DNA of 32,000 nt. Origin: an uncultured Erysipelotrichaceae bacterium (GTDB taxonomy: Bacteria; Bacillota_I; Bacilli_A; Erysipelotrichales; Erysipelotrichaceae). The stretch lies in the NCBI GenBank assembly GCA_942492995.1, contig OW818653.1, forward strand, positions 870,001-902,000, in the 5' to 3' direction. Positions 6,527 to 16,112 of the stretch are shown here, in pieces (within the stretch, counting starts at the first letter, position 1; every line of letters starts with the position of its first letter). A program made the position numbers and the translations under genes. The notes beneath the pieces were generated by a model. That model ran no database searches. It was given only the letters and a program-made list of their open reading frames with translations, and was not told the DNA's origin.

Positions 6527-9148
6527 ATGTTTAGAAAACTACTCATTATCCTTACATTAATGATCAGTTCATTACCTTTATCGTTTATCGAAGTTAATGC
6601 GACTGACTATACCACAAGTTCTTGTGATGCCGGAGTCTACAGTTTTTCAGTAGACCTTTTAACGGTTGAAAGTGGAGCTGTGAAGTATACAAGTCAAGGA
6701 TGTTATGACTTGAATGGTTGGTATAGTGCGCAAGATAAGTTCAATCAGTTAAAAACTGAAGGTAAGAGTAATATCGTTATACGTTATTTAAAGACTGATG
6801 ATGCGACATTCCAAAGTCCATTGAAGATTGTTAAGGCAGATCGTGCTATGGCATATACACAGAACTATACCTATACGGTTGGGGATGTGAGTAATGGAGT
6901 AGCTTCTACAATTGGTATCTATCATAATACAACACTTACAAGTCGATACACCTATGTTGATAACCAAGAACCATTAGTTTATTACGATACAAATAAGAGT
7001 GTTGAGAGTAATTCCGCAAAACCATCTAATCTTGTAGCTTATATCGAGATTAATGGAGCGCAAGGTTATATTAAAACAACTGGGATTGATATTATTCCAT
7101 TTATCTATATCGAGAATAGTATACTTGTTCCCTTCTATGTAAAACTATCTAACTCACAACCAAAAGTTGAATATACACGAACTGATGGTCGTAAAGGTAT
7201 CTTCGCAGCTCCTACTAAATATACAGTTAATGCGAATAATGAATTATCGATTGTGATCGATAGAGCGACTACTGTAAGTGGTACATTAACCTATTCGAAA
7301 GCACCTAGTTGGTTACCTCAAGGGACATACTATAGTGCAAATGGAATTAACTTCTATAGCGATATTGATTTAAAGAATCCAAAGATGGATGGCGATCAAA
7401 TTGGTAATTTCTATTCTTATTACAATTATCTAAATCTAAGAACTAAAACAAACTATACGAATACTGAAATCGATTCATACTTAGCTTATTATGATGCGAA
7501 TAATTCGAAAGATTATAGTATTAGTATCATGAAGAATAAAGCAGACGCATTTATTAATTCACAAAATACATACGGTGTGAACGCATTATTGGTTTATGCG
7601 ATGGGTGTACATGAAAGTGATTATGGTATAAGCGCAATCGCATTAGCTAAGAATAACTTATTCGGATATGGCGCAAATGATAGTAATCCTGGAGATGCTT
7701 ATTATTACGAATCAGTTGCTCAAAGTGTTGATATCCATATGGGTAAACAATTACGTTACTACATAGACTATAATAATAATTCTCTATTCTACGCATCGAA
7801 TCTTGGTAGTAAGGGTGCTGGTATCAATACAATGTACGCATCCGATCCATTCTGGAGTGTAAAGATCTCAGGTCATGCATATCGAATTGATCGATACTTA
7901 GGTTTCAAAGACTTTAATGCCTATCAAATGGCGATATTAGATTCAACAGTATCGAATACAATCTATAAAGAATCGAATCTAACAAACACACTTTATACCA
8001 TTAATACTAGAGCTAAGAATTATCCATTAACTATAAAAGCTTCTCATAACGATACATACTATGTACAGTCGACGAATCCTATTGTGAACAATGTAGTCGT
8101 AACAAGTTCTACTACTGGCTTAATCCCCTACAACTTTGATTTAAGTCAAGCTTACATTAATACGAATCAAGTTAAGTTAGTTAATACACCACTTACACCA
8201 ATTACTGTGATAAGTGATACGGATGAGTTGTTGCTATATGTTACTAACCTAGAATGGCAAACTGAAAAAATCTATATTAAGGGTTGGGCCGCTTTAAAGA
8301 ATACGAATATGGTCACAAATACAACTCATCAACTTAGGATTATTAATATGGACGACAATACTTCAATACTTCAAGATTTGACAATAGCGACAGAAAACTA
8401 TGAACTAAATTTTGGAAATGGATATGATTACTCAAATGCTTGGTTTGATGGAGTAATTGATGTTGGATTATTAGCCGATGGAAATTATCGTTTTGAAATA
8501 GTATCTAAGTCAAGTGACACAAGTGGTGAAGCTAGTTTTACTAACACGACAGTTAATGCACCTCGTGCTGAATTATTTGTAAAAGATACAATTGCTTATC
8601 GATTTAGTTTCAACAATACACGCGGAATGCGTTATGAGTTGTCGAAAGAAACTAATCTATTTGTAGAGAATCAAGTACCATTGCTTCCAACACGATTTAA
8701 TTCTACTGCATATATTACGAAGTTCTTAATTGAAGAAAATGAATTAGGTGAGGATTTATTAACAATTACTGGAATTTCATACATTCAAGATGTGCCTGCA
8801 GGTGCAGATAATAGTGTAAGCCATAAATTATTACTTCTAGATTCGACAGGCACTCAAACGATATTTGATTTAACGTCTGGAACCGGTGTTTATGATATTT
8901 CAAATGGTGGGTTTGATTATTCTCATGCATGGTATAACGGTACTCAATTAAATATTAAGGACCATCCTAATGAAGTTTATAGAATGTTTATAATTACCAA
9001 TACAAATGGTGTACTAGATATTGCTGAGATTAGAGATATACTAATAAAAAATACCCAAATATTCTCATCAGTTGATAAAAACTACACATTGAATACAAAT
9101 ACAAATGTTAGACGAAGATATATATTAACAATATCTACAATACAATAA
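6527..9148 (+). CDS. Secreted multidomain peptidoglycan hydrolase with a central GH73 N-acetylglucosaminidase domain (873 aa)
   Basis: Signal peptide MFRKLLIILTLMISSLPLSFIEVNA. The central region NALLVYAMGVHESDYG...NNLFGYGA...MYASDPFWS matches the glucosaminidase (GH73) pattern at about 7540-7900. The ATG at 6527 is 1 nt after the upstream TAA; TTG 6515 is an alternative start. Confidence 0.75.
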   Translation: MFRKLLIILTLMISSLPLSFIEVNATDYTTSSCDAGVYSFSVDLLTVESGAVKYTSQGCYDLNGWYSAQDKFNQLKTEGKSNIVIRYLKTDDATFQSPLKIVKADRAMAYTQNYTYTVGDVSNGVASTIGIYHNTTLTSRYTYVDNQEPLVYYDTNKSVESNSAKPSNLVAYIEINGAQGYIKTTGIDIIPFIYIENSILVPFYVKLSNSQPKVEYTRTDGRKGIFAAPTKYTVNANNELSIVIDRATTVSGTLTYSKAPSWLPQGTYYSANGINFYSDIDLKNPKMDGDQIGNFYSYYNYLNLRTKTNYTNTEIDSYLAYYDANNSKDYSISIMKNKADAFINSQNTYGVNALLVYAMGVHESDYGISAIALAKNNLFGYGANDSNPGDAYYYESVAQSVDIHMGKQLRYYIDYNNNSLFYASNLGSKGAGINTMYASDPFWSVKISGHAYRIDRYLGFKDFNAYQMAILDSTVSNTIYKESNLTNTLYTINTRAKNYPLTIKASHNDTYYVQSTNPIVNNVVVTSSTTGLIPYNFDLSQAYINTNQVKLVNTPLTPITVISDTDELLLYVTNLEWQTEKIYIKGWAALKNTNMVTNTTHQLRIINMDDNTSILQDLTIATENYELNFGNGYDYSNAWFDGVIDVGLLADGNYRFEIVSKSSDTSGEASFTNTTVNAPRAELFVKDTIAYRFSFNNTRGMRYELSKETNLFVENQVPLLPTRFNSTAYITKFLIEENELGEDLLTITGISYIQDVPAGADNSVSHKLLLLDSTGTQTIFDLTSGTGVYDISNGGFDYSHAWYNGTQLNIKDHPNEVYRMFIITNTNGVLDIAEIRDILIKNTQIFSSVDKNYTLNTNTNVRRRYILTISTIQ

Positions 9149-9180
9149 AAAAAGATGTGCTCATAAGGGCACATCTTTTA
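9149..9180. terminator. Bidirectional intrinsic terminator shared by the convergent GH73 and PASTA genes
   Basis: AAAAAAGATGTGC-tcataagg-GCACATCTTTT. It starts right after the GH73 TAA and overlaps the PASTA gene stop (9178-9180). Confidence 0.8.
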
Positions 9181-11106
9181 ATTGCTTGAAATATATACAG
9201 TAACTAAATCAGTTGGTTTTATGCTTGTTCCACCTAAAGGATTTTGATTATTGATCGCTCCTATACCTATACCATATGCATCAACAACGAAAGTATAATT
9301 AACAAGACCAACTCCACTGAAATAATTTCTTAATTTAGTTTTTGTGTCTTCAACACTTGTTGATGAACCCATTATACCTGCTAAATCTACGATTGTTATC
9401 CTTGGCTCAGCGCCTTTTGAGACCACTAAGCTTATGCTTGTACCAGAATCAACTGCAGTTCCAGCTGGTCTAGACTGGCTAATGACTACGCCATTCGCAA
9501 CAGTATCACTGAATTGATAACTAACTGAAACACTTAATCCAGTTTGAGTTAAACTTGTTCCACCAACGAAATTCTTGATTGTAATACTTTGACCTTTAGA
9601 TAATACATATGTAATGCTAGATCCTACTGATACTGAACCATTCGAATTAGAGATAATATTTCCTTTAGAAACACTGTCACTATATTCTTCACTTGATTTC
9701 GATAGTGTTAATTTAGCACCCTTCGCATTCAGTGTATTGATTTGACTTTGTAAGTTAGATAATGATTGACCAGCGAAACTACTTACACTAGGTTTACCGA
9801 TTGATACAGTCAATGTAATATTAGAACCATTATCAACGGTTGAACCTGAACTAGGATTTTGATCCACAACAGTACCAGCTGCACTATCACTATACACTTC
9901 GACTTTGATGAGTTTTAATCCATCTTGAACAGTTGTATTCGTTGTACCTTTATAGGTATTAACGACGATGCCTTTACCTTTTGAGATAGAAGCTTTGATT
10001 TCAGTACCAGGATTAACATCACCACTTGAAGGTGTTTGTGTGATAATTAAACCACTTGTGACAGTATCACTGTATGCAGTAGATGATGATAATTTAATAT
10101 TAGCACCTTGTTTATTTACTTCAGATACCCAAGCTTGTAGAGATGCGAGTGTCTTACCTTTGAAGTCAGATACACTTACTTTACCTAGCGATAACATTAT
10201 ATTTACGGTTGTGCCATTACCAACTTTAGTAGAAGCTGTAGGACTCATTGTTATGCCAAAGTCTTTATTTTGAGTTGATGAATATGTATACGTATAACTG
10301 ACTTTTAAGCCATTGTCATTGATAAACTTATCGATGGTAGATTTACTCTTACCTACTAGGTTTTCAAGCACTACGCCAGCTCCTAGTGATAATTTAACGG
10401 TAATACTACTTCCATCATAGACTTGTGTATTCGCAGCTTGTGATTGACTAATCACTTTACCTGCTACGACATCGTTATTGAATTCTTCCACAAAGTTAGC
10501 CTTTATATTATTGGTTTGTGCCCAAGAAGAGATTTGTTGGCGTGTATACTCAGTGAAATCAGGAACTTGAACGGTTGTTAATTCATCCTTAGAACCTGTT
10601 GATATTACGAAACTAATTGCTTGACCTCGTTTGACACTTGGAGTACTCGGTACTACACGAATGAAATACGCTGAATTAACAACTGTACTCTTTTCAAAAT
10701 CAATCGTCGCAACTAATAGTCTATTATTCTCTATAAATTGTTGGATTTCTCCAATATCTTTTCCTGTAAAATCAATAAGATTAACCATTACATCAGGATC
10801 GGGTCCTTTAGATACAGTTACTTTGATCGTAGATCCCGCAAACAGTCTTTCACCAACAATCGTACTTTGACTAATTACAGTCCCAATATCGACAGTATCA
10901 TCATAGACTTCAATTGTTTCAATCTTAATGTCATTTTCAGTAGACCATGATAATAGTTGATCACTCGTCATACTTGTAAAATCTACGATACGAATTGGAG
11001 TTTCAATGGTAATATTTCTAGCCATAGAAAAACCGAATAGAATGGATAAACTCATTGCTAAGCTAATAAATAATAAGGTTGTTTTATAGTGATAGAATCG
11101 TTTCAT
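9178..11106 (-). CDS. Membrane-anchored protein made of about 9 tandem PASTA repeats, with no kinase or transpeptidase domain
   Basis: Short N-terminus and one TM helix (TTLLFISLAMSLSILFGF), then about 65-70-aa repeats of the type VPDFTEYTRQQISSWAQTNNIKANFVEEFNNDVVAGKVISQSQAANTQVYDGSSITVKLSLG, each ending S(K/L/I)G. It lies 26 nt downstream of rseP with no terminator between. Confidence 0.75.
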   Translation of the reverse strand: MKRFYHYKTTLLFISLAMSLSILFGFSMARNITIETPIRIVDFTSMTSDQLLSWSTENDIKIETIEVYDDTVDIGTVISQSTIVGERLFAGSTIKVTVSKGPDPDVMVNLIDFTGKDIGEIQQFIENNRLLVATIDFEKSTVVNSAYFIRVVPSTPSVKRGQAISFVISTGSKDELTTVQVPDFTEYTRQQISSWAQTNNIKANFVEEFNNDVVAGKVISQSQAANTQVYDGSSITVKLSLGAGVVLENLVGKSKSTIDKFINDNGLKVSYTYTYSSTQNKDFGITMSPTASTKVGNGTTVNIMLSLGKVSVSDFKGKTLASLQAWVSEVNKQGANIKLSSSTAYSDTVTSGLIITQTPSSGDVNPGTEIKASISKGKGIVVNTYKGTTNTTVQDGLKLIKVEVYSDSAAGTVVDQNPSSGSTVDNGSNITLTVSIGKPSVSSFAGQSLSNLQSQINTLNAKGAKLTLSKSSEEYSDSVSKGNIISNSNGSVSVGSSITYVLSKGQSITIKNFVGGTSLTQTGLSVSVSYQFSDTVANGVVISQSRPAGTAVDSGTSISLVVSKGAEPRITIVDLAGIMGSSTSVEDTKTKLRNYFSGVGLVNYTFVVDAYGIGIGAINNQNPLGGTSIKPTDLVTVYISSN

Positions 11107-11132
11107 ACTCGTTTATTTTAACATATTTATTC

Positions 11133-12176
11133 TTAAATTAATCTTAAGATGTCTTGTAGTGTCACAAATGCCATTAATAATAAGAGTAATCCAATGGATA
11201 TAACCATTAAAACTTGTTCTACTTTTTTACTCATTGGTTTCTTAAAAATCAACTCATAAAGGGTTAATACAACTCTTCCTCCATCTAAGATAGGAAGTGG
11301 TAATAGATTGAATATTGCGACATTAATGGATAATAAACCCATTAAATAAAGGATATTAATTAATCCATACGATGCTTGTGTAGCGGTAACTTGATAAATA
11401 CCTATCGGTCCACTAATCGCATTTAAACCGATACCACGAATCAAACGTGTTAAGGTAAACACCATACTCTCAACTGTATTACCGACCTCTAGTGCACCGT
11501 ATTTAAGTGCTCCTAGGATATTAATATCAACTCGTGTTGCGCTAGGCATCGTAATCCCTAAGTAATAACGATTTTCAGCTTCAATGAATTCAGGTGTGAC
11601 TGAAATCGTAATTTCAGACCCACTACGTTCCACTACAAACTCCGTCGTATCTGTATACATTTGAATATACGTAATAATCTCATAGAAGTCAGTTGGAATA
11701 ACCGTTGTCCCATCTGAGAACGTAATCTTTTTAATTAGATCATTCGCCATAAACCCAGCTTTTTCAGCCGGTGAATCGACCATAGTGCCCGCAATAATCG
11801 GTTTAGGTGCTTCTACTGCATATCCTTGATACGCATAGATACCTACAAACAACACAAACGCTAAGACAAAGTTCATGAAAATCCCAGCTAACATCACAAT
11901 CATACGTTTCCAAGGTGCTATGCCTAAGATACTACGTTCAAAAGGCACATTATCATCTACGCCTTCTTCACCAGCCATTGCCACAAATCCACCTAGTGGT
12001 AAAGCACGAATGCTATATTCTGTTTCTTTAAACTTCTTACTGAATATTTTAGGACCCATCCCAACCGCAAACTCTTTACAATAAACATTAAAAAGTTTAG
12101 CTGTTACTAAATGACCTATTTCATGAATTAATACAATAACACCTAAAACTAACGCAAAATATAGAAATGTAGTCAT
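11133..12176 (-). CDS. rseP: RIP zinc metalloprotease (site-2 protease) RseP/RasP
   Basis: HEIGH motif near the N-terminus, a PDZ-like middle region, NLLPLPILDGG, multiple TM segments, and the conserved position after dxr. Confidence 0.92.
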   Translation of the reverse strand: MTTFLYFALVLGVIVLIHEIGHLVTAKLFNVYCKEFAVGMGPKIFSKKFKETEYSIRALPLGGFVAMAGEEGVDDNVPFERSILGIAPWKRMIVMLAGIFMNFVLAFVLFVGIYAYQGYAVEAPKPIIAGTMVDSPAEKAGFMANDLIKKITFSDGTTVIPTDFYEIITYIQMYTDTTEFVVERSGSEITISVTPEFIEAENRYYLGITMPSATRVDINILGALKYGALEVGNTVESMVFTLTRLIRGIGLNAISGPIGIYQVTATQASYGLINILYLMGLLSINVAIFNLLPLPILDGGRVVLTLYELIFKKPMSKKVEQVLMVISIGLLLLLMAFVTLQDILRLI

Positions 12177-13312
12177 ACATTCTCCTTAACTTCTTTTTTA
12201 ACTAATTCATCTAATTTAACCATTTCATCAATCGTAATGTGTTCAGAATATGGATATTTATCTAAACATGATTGTATAATCGTTTCAATTTCTAAGAATT
12301 TAATTTTACCCTTCAAGAATAATTCAACCGCAGCTTCATTCGCCGCATTTACGATAACCATTTGATTACCACCCTTTTGTGCAGCTTGAATAATCATTGG
12401 GAAACATGGATAGAACGAATTATCCAATGGTTTAAAATTTAATTGACTTAATGTATTGAAATCCAATCGTGATACATTTAATGGTAATCGTTGGGGTCCA
12501 CATAATGCATATTGAATTGGTACACGCATATCCGGAGTTCCTAATTGTGCCATTATAGAGCCATCAATGTATTCAACCATTGAATGAATGATACTCTCTT
12601 TATGAATAACCACATCAATCTTCTCAAACGGAAGATCAAACAACCAATGTGCTTCAATCACTTCAAATGCTTTATTAACAAGTGTTGCGGAATCAATAGT
12701 AATCTTTTGACCCATTGACCAATTAGGATGATTAAGCGCATCACTAACACTAACATATTTTAATTCATCACGCGATTTATCTCTAAAACTACCGCCTGAT
12801 GCCGTAACGATAATACGTTCAACTTCTAATAATGAATTACCTTGAAGTGCTTGTAAGATAGCAGAATGTTCTGAATCAATCGGTCTAAGTGATACCTTAT
12901 GATGATGAACAGCTTCCATCACTTGTTTACCCGCCACGACCAATGTCTCTTTATTCGCTAATGCGATATCTTTATGATGTTCAATCGCCTTAAGTGTCGG
13001 TATTAATCCCGCAAAACCAACTAAGGCATTCACTACGACATCCGCATCATTCAGCGTTGCGAGATGGACTAATCCTTCATCCCCATAATCAAACGCTTGC
13101 ATAGGAAAAAGTTTAGATAATACTAAATTATCATCTAACTGTTTAACCACAACCAATTGATACGAGTGATGGTTTAAATGATCTTTTAACCACGCTATAT
13201 TTTGTCCAACACTAATGCCAATACAGTTTAATTCATATGAATGTTTAGAAACGACATCAAGGGTTTGAATACCAATTGAACCACTTGCGCCAAGAATTAC
13301 GATATTTTTCAT
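12173..13312 (-). CDS. dxr: 1-deoxy-D-xylulose-5-phosphate reductoisomerase
   Basis: ILGASGSIG NADPH-binding motif, LANKE, DSEHSA, NHPNWSMG. ATGA overlap with rseP. Confidence 0.95.
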   Translation of the reverse strand: MKNIVILGASGSIGIQTLDVVSKHSYELNCIGISVGQNIAWLKDHLNHHSYQLVVVKQLDDNLVLSKLFPMQAFDYGDEGLVHLATLNDADVVVNALVGFAGLIPTLKAIEHHKDIALANKETLVVAGKQVMEAVHHHKVSLRPIDSEHSAILQALQGNSLLEVERIIVTASGGSFRDKSRDELKYVSVSDALNHPNWSMGQKITIDSATLVNKAFEVIEAHWLFDLPFEKIDVVIHKESIIHSMVEYIDGSIMAQLGTPDMRVPIQYALCGPQRLPLNVSRLDFNTLSQLNFKPLDNSFYPCFPMIIQAAQKGGNQMVIVNAANEAAVELFLKGKIKFLEIETIIQSCLDKYPYSEHITIDEMVKLDELVKKEVKENV

Positions 13313-14077
13313 TTATAACATGATACCCACTAAGATATAGAACGCCATTAAACTAAACAATAGACTATCGATGCGATCCAATACTCCACCATGTGCTGGG
13401 AAGATTGTCCCAAAGTCTTTTATATTAAAGTGACGTTTAATTGAACTAAACGCTAAATCACCGATCTGCGAGATAACAGGAATAATTGCACTACAAATAA
13501 CCATAAAATTAAATGGTAAACGTTCGACGAAGAAGTACGCAAACGCAACACCCGCTAGAAAACCAATTAACCAACCACCAATCGAACCTTCAATCGTCTT
13601 CTTAGGTGAAATACGTTCATTCAGTTTATTCTTACCAAAGAAATAACCTGAGAAATACGCACCCGTATCAGTCATATACGTCGCAATAAGTATGAACACA
13701 AGTTCTACTCTACCATAACTTACTGCTAAGAATACAGCTCTTAGAGCCGTTGTTAGTAATACCATCATGGTGAAGATATAACTTAAATCATACGGTGTAA
13801 ACCATTCGAATAGAATTGTTATTAAGAATAATGTCATTAATAGAACAATCAATCCTATATAAAGTGTACTTAAGTCTAATACCGCAAACAAGATGATTGT
13901 GGCGACCATAAGGAGATATAACCATATTGGCCATTTATCCTTTTTAACATCATACATTTCATAAAGGGACGTTAAGATAAAGAAAAATACGACCAAACGA
14001 AATGGCCATCCCCCATATAAGAACGTCGGTAATACGACAGCTGTGATTGCTAATGCGGTTAAAAATCTTTGTTTCAT
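13313..14077 (-). CDS. cdsA: Phosphatidate cytidylyltransferase
   Basis: Polytopic membrane protein with SPKKTIEGSIGG and GDLAFSSIKR...GGVLDRIDS signature; uppS-cdsA-dxr synteny. Confidence 0.93.
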   Translation of the reverse strand: MKQRFLTALAITAVVLPTFLYGGWPFRLVVFFFILTSLYEMYDVKKDKWPIWLYLLMVATIILFAVLDLSTLYIGLIVLLMTLFLITILFEWFTPYDLSYIFTMMVLLTTALRAVFLAVSYGRVELVFILIATYMTDTGAYFSGYFFGKNKLNERISPKKTIEGSIGGWLIGFLAGVAFAYFFVERLPFNFMVICSAIIPVISQIGDLAFSSIKRHFNIKDFGTIFPAHGGVLDRIDSLLFSLMAFYILVGIML

Positions 14078-14769
14078 TAAAGACCTCCGAAACGACGATC
14101 TCTCTTTTGTGCTTCTAATACAATTTCTTTAAAATGATTCGCCGTTAAATCCGGCCAAGCACACGGTTCAAACACTAACTCTGCATACGCTAATTGCCAT
14201 AATAAGAAGTTAGAAAGACGTTGTTCCCCTGATGTACGAATACATAAATCAACAGGAGGATAATCATGTGTCATCAAGAATTGTTCAAATTCACTAAGTG
14301 TTATATCTTTAGTTATTATACCATCTAGGATAGCTTGATGATAGTGTTGCGCCGCTAGGAATAACTCACGTTGACCCCCATAATTCATCGCAAAACATAG
14401 AATCATGCCTGTATTATGCGATGTTTGTTGGATCGCACGCACCAATACATTACGCGTTGAATCAGGAAACGCCTCTAATTCACCAATGGTTTGAATACGA
14501 ATATTCTTATCCATAAGTTCTTTTAGAAACTTATTAAAGAAAACATCAGGTAATGCCATAAGATAATCTACTTCATCTTTAGGTCGTTTCCAATTCTCTG
14601 TTGAAAAAGCATATAACGTTAAAACCTCAACGCCTAAATCATTTGCGGCAATCGCAATTTCTCTAACTTTTTCACTTCCCTGTAAATGTCCAAATGTACG
14701 TACTTTATTCTGAGCTTTCGCCCATCGTCCATTACCATCCATGATAAGTGCAACGTGTTTAAATCCCAT
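14077..14769 (-). CDS. uppS: Undecaprenyl-diphosphate synthase
   Basis: HVALIMDGNGRWA, YAFSTENWKRP, RTSGEQRLSNFLLWQ. Start set to ATG 14769 (AAAGGGGA upstream). The GTG at 14796 lies inside the frr-distal hairpin. Confidence 0.93.
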   Translation of the reverse strand: MGFKHVALIMDGNGRWAKAQNKVRTFGHLQGSEKVREIAIAANDLGVEVLTLYAFSTENWKRPKDEVDYLMALPDVFFNKFLKELMDKNIRIQTIGELEAFPDSTRNVLVRAIQQTSHNTGMILCFAMNYGGQRELFLAAQHYHQAILDGIITKDITLSEFEQFLMTHDYPPVDLCIRTSGEQRLSNFLLWQLAYAELVFEPCAWPDLTANHFKEIVLEAQKRDRRFGGL

Positions 14770-14805
14770 AAGGTCCCCTTTATAAAATAAGCTCACAAAG
14801 TGAGC

Positions 14806-15351
14806 TTATACTGTCATTATGTCTTTGTCTTTCGCCTTAACAATCTCATCAATTAACTTAATGTGTTCATCCGTTAATTTTTGAATCTTATCCAAAGCTT
14901 CTTTTTCCATGTCTTCAGTCAACGCATCATCTTTTTTAACATGTTCATTCGCATCTCTACGAATGTTTCTTAAATCGACTTTTGCTTCTTCAGCATGTTT
15001 AGCTACTTCTTTCGTCAAATCTTTACGTGTTTGTTCAGTTAATGCTGGAACAAGAATACGAATTACTTGTCCATCATTCGTAGGATTAAAGCCTAAATTA
15101 GCCGCATTAATCGCATGTTCAATTCCACGTAAAGCAGAATTATCATACGGCTTAATAACTAATTGACGTCCTTCAACTACTTGAATACTAGCAATTTGTG
15201 TAATTGGTGTAGGAACTCCATAATAATCAACCGCAACTTCAGCAAGTTGAGTTGGATTTGCACGACCTGTACGAATCGTTTGAAAATGTGATTCAAGTCG
15301 AGCGATACGTTTTAACATCTTGTCTTTAGCGGCATCTAAATGTGCTTTCAT
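14806..15351 (-). CDS. frr: Ribosome recycling factor
   Basis: 181 aa, with TIRTGRANP, VIKPYD, IRILVPALTEQTRKDL, RNIRRDAN. Confidence 0.96.
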   Translation of the reverse strand: MKAHLDAAKDKMLKRIARLESHFQTIRTGRANPTQLAEVAVDYYGVPTPITQIASIQVVEGRQLVIKPYDNSALRGIEHAINAANLGFNPTNDGQVIRILVPALTEQTRKDLTKEVAKHAEEAKVDLRNIRRDANEHVKKDDALTEDMEKEALDKIQKLTDEHIKLIDEIVKAKDKDIMTV

Positions 15352-16064
15352 TAATTGTTCTCCTTTGAAATGATTGTCCCAATATTACGATCCACAACCG
15401 CTTTATAAATGTTTCCTTTCGCATTCATATTGAACACGATGAGGTCGACATTACTGTCATTACACATTGTAATTGCTGTATGATCCATAACTTGAAGATT
15501 TTGTTGGATAACATCACGATAACTTAAATGATCGTAACGTTTAGCGTTTGGATTGAATTTAGGGTCAGAATCATAAACACCATCGACCCCATTCTTTGCC
15601 ATAAGTATAACATCTGCGCCAATTTCTGACGCACGAAGTGCAGCAGTTGTATCAGTTGAGAAAAATGGACTACCTGTTCCAGCTGCGAATATGACAACAC
15701 GATTCTTCTCTAAATGACGAATCGCACGTCTTACGATAAATGGTTCTGCAACTTTACTCATCTCAATAGCGGATTGAACACGCGTAATGATCCCATGTTT
15801 TTCAAATACACCTTGAATAGCAATTGAGTTAATTACTGTACCAAGCATCCCCATATAATCAGCTTGAACACGATCAATACCCATCTGTTCAGCAAATTTC
15901 CCACGAATGAAGTTACCTCCACCCACAACGATAGCGACTTGAATACCAAGTGCTGTAATTTCCTTAACTTCTTCCGCAATTTGTGCAAGAACTTCAGGAT
16001 CATACCCATTACTTGTACCAGCAAGCGCTTCACCACTTAATTTTAACAATATTCGTTTATACAT
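15351..16064 (-). CDS. pyrH: UMP kinase
   Basis: YKRILLKLSGEAL, VVGGGNFIRG, DGVYDSDP. Start set to ATG 16064, 4 nt after AAGGAGG. The 16094 extension runs into the tsf-distal hairpin. Confidence 0.95.
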   Translation of the reverse strand: MYKRILLKLSGEALAGTSNGYDPEVLAQIAEEVKEITALGIQVAIVVGGGNFIRGKFAEQMGIDRVQADYMGMLGTVINSIAIQGVFEKHGIITRVQSAIEMSKVAEPFIVRRAIRHLEKNRVVIFAAGTGSPFFSTDTTAALRASEIGADVILMAKNGVDGVYDSDPKFNPNAKRYDHLSYRDVIQQNLQVMDHTAITMCNDSNVDLIVFNMNAKGNIYKAVVDRNIGTIISKENN

Positions 16065-16084
16065 GCTGCCTCCTTTTTTAATAA

Positions 16085-16105
16085 AAGGACACAAAACGTG
16101 TCCTT
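16085..16105 (-). terminator. Hairpin between tsf and pyrH (possible attenuator or partial terminator)
   Basis: AAGGACAC / GTGTCCTT 8-bp stem with a 5-nt loop, followed on the minus strand by only a short TTATT run. Confidence 0.35.
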
Positions 16106-16112
16106 CATATTT

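Noticed and set aside
9968-10950. Three plus-strand ORFs (9968-10273, 10631-10870, 10738-10950) inside the PASTA gene
   Set aside because: They are antisense shadow ORFs of a repeat-rich gene, with no start context and mutual overlap.
14791-14805. GCTCAC-AAA-GTGAGC hairpin between frr and uppS
   Set aside because: The stem is only 6 bp with a weak U-tract, so it is too marginal to call a terminator. It was used only as an argument against the GTG 14796 start of uppS.
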